A DNA stretch of 15,407 bases from Thermoproteota archaeon (GTDB taxonomy: Archaea; Thermoproteota; EX4484-205; JAAOZP01): assembly GCA_049700215.1 (NCBI GenBank), contig JBNAVT010000013.1:1-15407 (forward strand), given 5' to 3'. The notes under the pieces are model-generated. The model saw nothing but the letters and a program-made list of their open reading frames with translations. It made no database searches and was not told where the DNA came from. This document shows positions 7,024 to 13,680 of this stretch, piece by piece; the stretch's first letter is position 1, and each line of letters opens with the position of its first letter. The position numbers and the translations under genes are program-made.

Positions 7024-7131
7024 ATGTCTGAACTCCTGGTCGTGTTCGAAGAGCATGATAAGAACTGGTCGCGCGCTAGATTCAGGCTGGTTTGTGATAA
7101 AAGCAGGGATGAGATTTACCTGGAGCGATAG
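7024..7131 (+). pseudogene. Collapsed DUF5678-like/aspartyl protease module: N-terminus of gene 1 fused to C-terminus of gene 2 at GCGCGC
   Basis: Own translation: MSELLVVFEEHDKNWS-RA-RFRLVCDKSRDEIYLER*. It matches MSEYLMLFDVHESN (ORF 7-243, 7/14 identical) and RYKLIYNERSNEVFLER* (ORF 240-689, 6/17 identical plus conservative changes). Confidence 0.85.
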
Positions 7132-7385
7132 AACAACGATTTCGTTCTCTCAGGTTTCTGTTGACGGCCTGCTCAACATGGTTAAAGTGTTGAAGGGCAT
7201 GGAGGTGGCTTGTGTAACTAGGAGGAGTCTAGAGATTTAGGCTAGTGTTCAAACATCTTTTTTAAAGCTTTTAAGTTTATTCTTCTTTCTCAAGAAAGCA
7301 TGAAGCTTCGGGAAAACGGGAGAAATATTGAAGGCGCATCCGTATCGCGGTTGGCCGCTGTGCCCTGGTAGGAGGGTGTTGAGCG

Positions 7386-8906
7386 CTGCCTGACGACGAG
7401 GGTTTAAGCATTGCTTCCGTCGCCGTCGGCTCAATATATCTTGTTCTTCAAAACGTTGTTTCAACAGCTATCGGCGTCTTGGGCTATGCTTTCATGGCTA
7501 GGGTGGTGACGCAGGAGGAGATGGGTGTTGTAGCCGGGGTTACTCTCCTCCACTCTCTAGCCCAGGTTCTGGTTGACTTCGGTTTGAACGCGTCTATCGC
7601 GAGGTTTGTTTCAGAGAGTATCGGGAGGAAGACGGGTTACGCGAAGCGTGTTTTCTCAGCCCTCGTATTCAGGCTCCTAGTCTCCCTGGCTGTCTTCCTC
7701 CTGATACTGTCTTCGTCGACGATTGTTTCCCAGGTTTTCTTCGGATCCCCCGGGTACTCTAGCCTGCTAGCCATAGTCACTGTGGACATGACGCTTGCCT
7801 CCATCGCTTCTCTTCTGAACGGTGTCCTCCTTGGCTCAGGGCGTTTGAAAACCATGGCTTTCTTCAACACGGTTTCCGTCGCAGCCAGATGGGTCTCAAT
7901 AGTCGTACTCCTGCTCCAGGGCTATGGCTTAACGGGGGTGTTCTACGGCTGGATTACGGGGAGCATTGTGCTGCTAGCGTTGCTGGCTTCCTCAACCCTT
8001 AGGCTAACGGGCTTAGGAGGAGGCTCCCCAGGGGAGCATGGTATCCTTTGGAGCATGCTGAGGTTCTCAGCCCCGGTTTACGCCGCTTCAATGGTTTCCT
8101 TCCTCTACAACTGGTATGATAAGGCTCTCATCCTCGCCTTCCTCCCGCTTCAACAGCTCGGAGTGTACAACGTTGCCTACACGGCTTTCACGGTCTACGC
8201 GTCCATTGCTTCAGCAGTAGGCTCCTCCCTCCTCCCCTTCTACGGCGTGTTGTACGGCAGGGGTGAGCACTCAGCCGTCTCCGAGGGTGTTAGACGGGTT
8301 AGCAGGTACACGATGCTGCTTCTCTTCCCGCTTGCACTAGGCTTAGCGTCAACCTCTAGGCAAGTGTTGATTGTTTTCGCGGGGAGACAGTATGAGCCGG
8401 GCTGGCTTACGCTGGCGACGCTATCCGTCTTCGGCATGGTCTACGGGGTTTCCACAGCCTTCAGCAACCTCCTGCTAATATACGGGAGGACCAGGACTAT
8501 TCTCCTGGTGACGCTTGCTTCAACACTGCTCAGCATAGTTTTCATGCCCCTGGTGACGGTTCTCAACCTGGTTGGCCTCGCCGTCGTCAAGGGAGCATCC
8601 ATCCTCCTAAGCTTCCTGCTCTCACTATTCTTCATAAAGAGGATCGTGACGGTTAGGATAGATGCTACGGCTGCTTTCAAGACCATCCTATCCTCAACTC
8701 TCATGGCGATAGTGGTGCTTGCTTCTCAACATTTTCTCCAGGGAAGCCTGTTCCTCCCCCTGCATTTTTTAACCGGCGTCGCAGCCTACGCTCTACTCGT
8801 CAGGGGTCTTAAAGTGTTGAACAGCGACGACGTGGAGCTTATCAGAGAAGTTTTCGGAGAAAAAGTCTCCCGATACCTGGTTAGAATAATGGGGATGAAA
8901 TCCTAA
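7386..8906 (+). CDS. Wzx-like oligosaccharide flippase (MOP superfamily)
   Basis: Many hydrophobic segments, with DFGLNASIARFV and DKALILAFLPLQQLGVYNVA. The frame is open upstream of 7479 to CTG 7386 and encodes the missing first TM helix (VAVGSIYLVLQNVVSTAIGVLG). GGAGGGTG lies at 7371-7378. Confidence 0.9.
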   Translation: MPDDEGLSIASVAVGSIYLVLQNVVSTAIGVLGYAFMARVVTQEEMGVVAGVTLLHSLAQVLVDFGLNASIARFVSESIGRKTGYAKRVFSALVFRLLVSLAVFLLILSSSTIVSQVFFGSPGYSSLLAIVTVDMTLASIASLLNGVLLGSGRLKTMAFFNTVSVAARWVSIVVLLLQGYGLTGVFYGWITGSIVLLALLASSTLRLTGLGGGSPGEHGILWSMLRFSAPVYAASMVSFLYNWYDKALILAFLPLQQLGVYNVAYTAFTVYASIASAVGSSLLPFYGVLYGRGEHSAVSEGVRRVSRYTMLLLFPLALGLASTSRQVLIVFAGRQYEPGWLTLATLSVFGMVYGVSTAFSNLLLIYGRTRTILLVTLASTLLSIVFMPLVTVLNLVGLAVVKGASILLSFLLSLFFIKRIVTVRIDATAAFKTILSSTLMAIVVLASQHFLQGSLFLPLHFLTGVAAYALLVRGLKVLNSDDVELIREVFGEKVSRYLVRIMGMKS

Positions 8907-9014
8907 TCCGCGCGCTAAAGGCCTATGGTCGGCTTCAAATAGGCGGTTTCTAACAATCCCCTTCGTCAGAGCTCATTCGCTCTATGTTTGGCGCGTGCGG
9001 GTGATGAAAAGTTT

Positions 9015-9077
9015 ATCCCACTATAGAAATGATAAAGCTTAAATCCCACTAAGAATTAAAGAAATAATCAGGTGGGA
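9015..9077. promoter_or_regulatory. Putative autoregulatory operator and promoter of the AbrB-VapC pair
   Basis: ATCCCACTA at 9015-9023 and 9043-9051, each just after a TATA-like box, plus an inverted GTGGGA at 9072-9077. Confidence 0.55.
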
Positions 9078-9079
9078 AA

Positions 9080-9322
9080 ATGAGCATTCTAGAATTAGAC
9101 AGCAAGGGGAGGCTGACGCTGCCGAAAGAGGTCAGGGAATCACTCAACATCGGGAGGAAAGTCTTAATCATAAACGCTGGAGACCACCTTAAAATAATCC
9201 CGCTGCCATCAGACCCATTCCAGGTTCTTCACGGAGCGTTCAACGTTAAGAAACCGTTCAAAGAGCTTAGGAAACAGGCGGAGCAGACCGCTGGGAAAGA
9301 GGTTGAGAGGGCTGAGGACTAA
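9080..9322 (+). CDS. vapB: AbrB/MazE-family antitoxin
   Basis: LDSKGRLTLPKEVRESLNI is the AbrB signature. TAATG coupling to the next gene. Confidence 0.88.
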   Translation: MSILELDSKGRLTLPKEVRESLNIGRKVLIINAGDHLKIIPLPSDPFQVLHGAFNVKKPFKELRKQAEQTAGKEVERAED

Positions 9323-9726
9323 TGCCCCTGTTGGAGAACGATGTTGTTTTCGCATACTTGAACGAGTATGACCCTAACCACGCCGTCGCGGAAAGAATCT
9401 TCCAAAAACTCAAAAACAGGCAGGTAAACGTGGAGATTTCGAGCGTCAGCCTGATCGAGATGGAGCTGATCTACAGGAGCGAGAAAATGGAGGATAGGCT
9501 TCTGAAAGACCTGGCGGCCATAGCGGCGCTGCCGAACGTGAAATATGCCGGGTTAACGCCGGACGTGGCTGTTGCAAGCGTATACTTGAGGCAAACCCTC
9601 AGCCTAACGTTCTTCGACTCGCACTACGCCGCGGCTGCGCTGAACCTGGATAGGAAAATCATTTCCTTCGACCAGGCATACGACAGGGTGCCCGGCTTAA
9701 CACGAGTCAGGCCTGAAACAGTTTAG
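9322..9726 (+). CDS. vapC: VapC/PIN-domain toxin
   Basis: LLENDVVFAYL (Glu at the first acidic position), SSVSLIE, TFFDSHYAAAA and IISFDQAYD. Confidence 0.88.
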   Translation: MPLLENDVVFAYLNEYDPNHAVAERIFQKLKNRQVNVEISSVSLIEMELIYRSEKMEDRLLKDLAAIAALPNVKYAGLTPDVAVASVYLRQTLSLTFFDSHYAAAALNLDRKIISFDQAYDRVPGLTRVRPETV

Positions 9727-9811
9727 CGTATGAACGGAGGGGAAGAGTAGCAGGCAATTGGTGGCGCATGCTCTTGAGCGTGCCATTGAGCTGCAGCCGC
9801 TACTAGGCTTG

Positions 9812-9847
9812 GCAAAGTTTATAAAGTGGAATTCCATCTTCCATTCC
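9812..9847 (+). promoter_or_regulatory. BRE/TATA promoter with an adjacent palindromic operator
   Basis: GCAAAG-TTTATAAA (9812-9825), followed by the palindrome TGGAATTCCA (9827-9836) and TTCCA repeats. Confidence 0.6.
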
Positions 9848-9851
9848 AAAT

Positions 9852-10133
9852 ATGGGGAGTAAGACCAAGGTTTCCTCCCAGGGGAGAACAGTGATTCCGG
9901 CGGAAATAAGGGAGAAGCTGGGGATCCGCGAGGGAGAGGAGGTTGAGTGGACCCTGGAGGGAGATGCTATAGTGGTTAGGCTGGTGCGGGAGGAGAAAAC
10001 GCCTGACGAGATTATGCGTCAAATCAAAAACCATTTAGTGGAGATTAAGGCTGTTGGAAAGAAGATTCCTGCTGACCTGAAGAGCTGGATGATGGAGGAT
10101 TGGGCGAGAAGGAAGCTAGGGCTGACGCCGTAG
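9852..10133 (+). CDS. AbrB/MazE-family antitoxin
   Basis: KVSSQGRTVIPAEIREKLGIREGEEVEW. Confidence 0.88.
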   Translation: MGSKTKVSSQGRTVIPAEIREKLGIREGEEVEWTLEGDAIVVRLVREEKTPDEIMRQIKNHLVEIKAVGKKIPADLKSWMMEDWARRKLGLTP

Positions 10134-10582
10134 TCGACGTCGGAATCCTGGCTGTAGGCTTGTCTAAGAACCCTGCTACCGACTATTGCCTAGAGCTGAT
10201 GGAGGACGCTGTTAGGGGTAGAATCAGAGTCCTCATCCCGTATACTGTGGTTTTCGGCGCCCACTATATTTTGACTAGGCTTTACGGCGTTTCGCCCAAG
10301 GAGGCAGGCGGCTTACTGCGAAGCTTACTTTCCTCTAAAAGGATAGTTTGGCATGGGCGTATTGACGGAGACGATGTGGAGAAGTCCTTTGAGAACACTG
10401 AGAATTATGGTTTGGATGCTTGGGACGGATATATTCTGCGCTTGATGGAGGAGAATCAAATCAGGATTATTTACACACTCGACATGGAGCATTTCGGCAA
10501 AATAAACTGGATAAAGGCGGTTAACCCTATTCCGGAGGATAAAATGCAGGAGCTACGCGCCTTCTTAAAAGGAAGCGTATAA
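10100..10582 (+). CDS. vapC: PIN-domain toxin
   Basis: AVVDVG, LDAWDGYIL and IYTLDMEHF. Overlaps the AbrB gene. Confidence 0.8.
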   Translation: MGEKEARADAVVDVGILAVGLSKNPATDYCLELMEDAVRGRIRVLIPYTVVFGAHYILTRLYGVSPKEAGGLLRSLLSSKRIVWHGRIDGDDVEKSFENTENYGLDAWDGYILRLMEENQIRIIYTLDMEHFGKINWIKAVNPIPEDKMQELRAFLKGSV

Positions 10583-10586
10583 CCAG

Positions 10587-10639
10587 TATCGACGTCTTGG
10601 GCTGTGCTTTCATGGCTGGGGCAGTAACGCAGGAGGAGA
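10587..10639 (+). repeat. Degenerate 53-bp copy of the flippase 5' region
   Basis: 47/53 identical to 7469-7521. All six mismatches are transitions. Confidence 0.9.
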
Positions 10640-10723
10640 ATGGGGAAAGCGCAGCACGCACTTGACATAATTTCCATCTCAGAAATTTCGCTGGGCTTAA
10701 ACGATAAAGAAGCGCGCGCTCGC

Positions 10724-10737
10724 GAAAGCCTTATAAT
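10724..10737 (+). promoter_or_regulatory. BRE/TATA promoter of the HEPN-MNT pair
   Basis: GAAAGCC-TTATAAT, immediately after the GC tract at 10712-10719. Confidence 0.55.
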
Positions 10738-10771
10738 TAATTTAGCAGCTTCTTAAATATGGCGTTATAGG

Positions 10772-11209
10772 TTGGTAAGTATGGATACTGGCGATGAGAG
10801 GATTTCAAGGCTTCTCAAGGATGTTGGAAACTCTCTTAAAATAGCTGAAGACCTTACTTCTCTAAGTCTTGACGAATTCTTAGGTGATGTCAGAAATAGG
10901 TATACTCTGAGGCTTGCTCTTGTAGAAATAGTTGAGGCCATGACTTCGCTAGGTCTATACATTCTCAGAGAACGCCTCAAGACTGAGGCTGAGGGATACA
11001 TAGCAGTCTTTAGAAAACTTGTTGAAAATGGAGTAATATCTAAAGAGGTTGGGGATAGTGTAGAGAGGTTGACGAGACTGAGGAACCTCATTATTCATAG
11101 GTATTGGGAGGTTGATGATGCTAGAGTATATAGAGAAGCTAGGGAAGGAGGGTTAAACATCATAAAGAGGTTTGTAGATGAGGTGAGGAGTTATGCCTCT
11201 GGATCTTGA
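10772..11209 (+). CDS. HEPN-domain (DUF86/HepT-like) RNase toxin
   Basis: RLRNLIIHRYWEVD contains the RX4H(X)Y motif. Start is TTG 10772 or ATG 10781. Confidence 0.9.
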   Translation: MVSMDTGDERISRLLKDVGNSLKIAEDLTSLSLDEFLGDVRNRYTLRLALVEIVEAMTSLGLYILRERLKTEAEGYIAVFRKLVENGVISKEVGDSVERLTRLRNLIIHRYWEVDDARVYREAREGGLNIIKRFVDEVRSYASGS

Positions 11210-11609
11210 GGAGAGGGAGAGGTTCAGGTTTTACAGGATTAGTAAAGGGGAGAAGGAGAGGGTTGCGGAGGTTCTTAAAAGAGTTCTGTATGGCCGTGGG
11301 GAGACGGCTCTGGCAGTGCTCTATGGATCGTTCCTTAAGGACTACCCGTTTAGAGATATAGATGTGGCGGTGTACGTGGTGGGTGAAGGGCTTGACCCCC
11401 TAGACTACGAGCTCAGCTTGGAAGCAGAGCTTAGCGAGAAGCTGGGCTACAATACTGATGTGAAGGTGTTGAACGACGCACCCCCATGGTTTGTAAAGAA
11501 GGCTCTGAGAGAAGGGGTGATCCTTATCGAGAAAATACCGCTTCTCAACGAGAAACTCTATCTTAAAGCAGTAGATGAGGAAGCACTAGCCGAGCATATC
11601 GAGCCCTAG
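11193..11609 (+). CDS. Minimal nucleotidyltransferase (MNT/MntA-like antitoxin)
   Basis: LYGSFLKDYPFRDIDVAVY (GS...DxD) and DVKVLNDAP. Overlaps the HEPN gene. Confidence 0.9.
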   Translation: MPLDLEERERFRFYRISKGEKERVAEVLKRVLYGRGETALAVLYGSFLKDYPFRDIDVAVYVVGEGLDPLDYELSLEAELSEKLGYNTDVKVLNDAPPWFVKKALREGVILIEKIPLLNEKLYLKAVDEEALAEHIEP

Positions 11610-11859
11610 AATACGCACGCCTTTACAGCCGCGCTTAACAGGGTTGGGGAAGCCGCACCTCCTGCGCGCGCTTCAATCCTGAAAGGTTTCTAATTAAAAG
11701 AAGTCGAAAGAATCGATGTCGTTGCAATACCTAGAAACTAATGAAAAACTTAAAACCTCTCTTTGTATTTCTCGAGTTGAGCATAGATTTTCCGGAGAAG
11801 GTGAGCGTGCGCGATGAGGTTGCGCGCGCGCTTTTTACACCTTTTTTAACTCAACCGGG

Positions 11860-12012
11860 ATGAACGATGAGCAGAAGCTGGAAGAGCTGGAGAAGAGGCT
11901 AAGGGCGGTGGATCTAGCCTACGAGATGTTTGACGATCTTGACGCGGAGATGAAATTCACAAGAGCATTTCGTAGAACAATGGAAAAAACACGTAGGAGA
12001 ACCGTCTCCTGA
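11860..12012 (+). other. Short ORF (50 aa), possibly an antitoxin-like remnant
   Basis: Own translation: MNDEQKLEELEKRLRAVDLAYEMFDDLDAEMKFTRAFRRTMEKTRRRTVS*. It follows the last GC tract. Confidence 0.3.
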
Positions 12013-12059
12013 TTCACGTTAAAAAAATATTTAGAAAAAAGCACCGAGGGGAAGCGTGT

Positions 12060-13025
12060 CTACCACCAGGGCTTAACCTCAGGAGGCTCAACTCTCACAA
12101 GGGGCTTAAGGAAGAACAACGCCTGCTCCACGCCAGAGTCCCTGCTGAAACACGGGTCCTCATGCTCAACACTCAACACGTAGTTATACCCTGTCTCCAG
12201 TAAAGCCGTTACAAGTCTGCGCCACGGAACCTGCCCCCACCCCACTGTCCTGAACCTCACCGGCCTCGCAACCCTGTTCCACGGACCGTACGCCAGAACC
12301 CCGGTTTTATCCGCCGTGTGGTGAACCACTTCAACGTCTTTCGCATGCACGTGAAATATTCTGTCGTGAAGCTCGTATATGAATATCACCGGGTCCATCT
12401 GCTGCCACACGAAGTGAGACGGGTCGTAGTTGAAGCCGAGCGCCTTGTGCCCCCCAGCAGCCTCAACCAGAGCCTTAGCCGTGTCAAGATTATAGTTCAG
12501 CTCCATCGGGTGTGTCTCGAAAGCAATCCTAATCCCATGGTCACTCGCGTAGTCAAGAATAGGAAGCCACCTCTCCCTGAATATTTTAAAATAGTTGTTC
12601 CAAATCTCCTCGTTCGTCGGTGGAAAGTTGTACCATTTTCCCCACTCGGGCACGCCTGTGAAGCCGCATACTACTGGGACGTTGAGTGTTTGCGCGGCGT
12701 CTATGGTTTTCTTCATTCTGCTGACGCCGTATTCGATTTTCTCTTTAGGCGTGCCTTTGAACCATATGTCTGTTGACTCGTCGAGTGGCCCCAGTATGAG
12801 CTGGCTTTCAAGATGGTTGCTTAAGGCGGATATTTGCATCCCGTACTTGGTTACGGTGCTTCTTATTTCGCTTGCTCCGCCTGAGGTGACTTGGTCGATG
12901 TTGATGTGGTTTGAGCCTTTCCAGCATGCTAGTTCAACAGCCTCGTAGCCTAGGGAGGAGACGTATTCCAGCGTTTTGTCAAGCGGCCGATCGTTGTACA
13001 GGACTGTGAAAATGCCTACCTTCAT
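12060..13025 (-). CDS. Sugar phosphate isomerase/epimerase (xylose isomerase-like TIM barrel, IolE/AP endonuclease 2 family)
   Basis: LGYEAVEL, IAFETHP, NYDPSH, HVHAKD and LSVEHED carry the metal-binding E-D-H-E residues. Start placed at MKVGIF (13025). Confidence 0.88.
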   Translation of the reverse strand: MKVGIFTVLYNDRPLDKTLEYVSSLGYEAVELACWKGSNHINIDQVTSGGASEIRSTVTKYGMQISALSNHLESQLILGPLDESTDIWFKGTPKEKIEYGVSRMKKTIDAAQTLNVPVVCGFTGVPEWGKWYNFPPTNEEIWNNYFKIFRERWLPILDYASDHGIRIAFETHPMELNYNLDTAKALVEAAGGHKALGFNYDPSHFVWQQMDPVIFIYELHDRIFHVHAKDVEVVHHTADKTGVLAYGPWNRVARPVRFRTVGWGQVPWRRLVTALLETGYNYVLSVEHEDPCFSRDSGVEQALFFLKPLVRVEPPEVKPWW

Positions 13026-13113
13026 TTCTCCAACACCAAGTTTTAATAACTCTCGCGTGAATATAAATATATCACCCCAGTTGAAAACCGGATTTAATAA
13101 GGCGGCGGTCGAA

Positions 13114-13656
13114 GTGTTGATAATCCTCATGGGGGACGCTAATCCCGGCGAGCTTGATTTTCTCCTGGGAAGCCTTACCCAGGTTTTCAGAACGGTGCGT
13201 TTCAGGATGAGTAGAAGGGTTTTCAGGCTGCCGCCGCATGCTTACGACAAGGCTAGGGGACAGTATAATTCCACGCTTCTGCTGGGGTATCTGGCGGTGT
13301 CTAAGCCCGGGGGCTATGCTAAGTATCTTGGGGTTACGGAGGCTGATCTCTACGCCAGAGGGCTGAACTTCGTCTTCGGCGAAGCGATTCTAAACGGGCA
13401 GTATGCCGTCGTCTCGCTGCACAGGCTTAGGCCGGAGTTCTACGGCAACCCTCCTGACAGGAGGCTTTTCGAAGCCAGAGTGCTTAAGGAGGCTATTCAC
13501 GAGCTCGGCCACACTTTCGGCTTAACCCACTGCGAGAAGCCTGAGTGCGTAATGCACTTCAGCAACTCGATAATAGACACGGATGTGAAGAAGGCTCAGC
13601 CGTGTTTAAACTGCCAGGTTAAACTCTTTAGGAAGACTTTCAGCAACCTTAAATAA
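13114..13656 (+). CDS. amzA: Archaemetzincin Zn-dependent metalloprotease
   Basis: HELGHTFGLTHC....CVMHFSNS...D.K....C..C plus LNFVFGEA. The start is uncertain (13114, 13117 or 13129); the upstream part of the listed ORF overlaps the divergent gene. Confidence 0.9.
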   Translation: MLIILMGDANPGELDFLLGSLTQVFRTVRFRMSRRVFRLPPHAYDKARGQYNSTLLLGYLAVSKPGGYAKYLGVTEADLYARGLNFVFGEAILNGQYAVVSLHRLRPEFYGNPPDRRLFEARVLKEAIHELGHTFGLTHCEKPECVMHFSNSIIDTDVKKAQPCLNCQVKLFRKTFSNLK

Positions 13657-13680
13657 ATACTCGGGGTATAACTCATTGGG

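Noticed and set aside
744-11831. CRISPR array or classical integron attC array as the explanation of the repeated motif
   Set aside because: There are no 25-40 bp repeats with regular spacers and no cas genes. I saw no RYYYAAC...GTTRRRY hairpin sites and no integrase.
744-11831. GC tracts as a simple promoter element or transcription-factor site
   Set aside because: Their distance to TATA boxes varies widely, and several lie inside broken reading frames (753, 924, 7071) where no promoter is expected. A secondary regulatory role is not excluded.
11995-12010. Hairpin AGGAGA-ACCG-TCTCCT as a terminator
   Set aside because: The stem is only 6 bp, and archaeal termination relies mainly on oligo-T tracts. 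Too weak to call.
12976-13130. Apparent 5' overlap of the divergent isomerase and archaemetzincin ORFs
   Set aside because: This is an artefact of longest-ORF calling. Likely starts at 13025 (-) and about 13114-13129 (+) leave an AT-rich divergent promoter gap.
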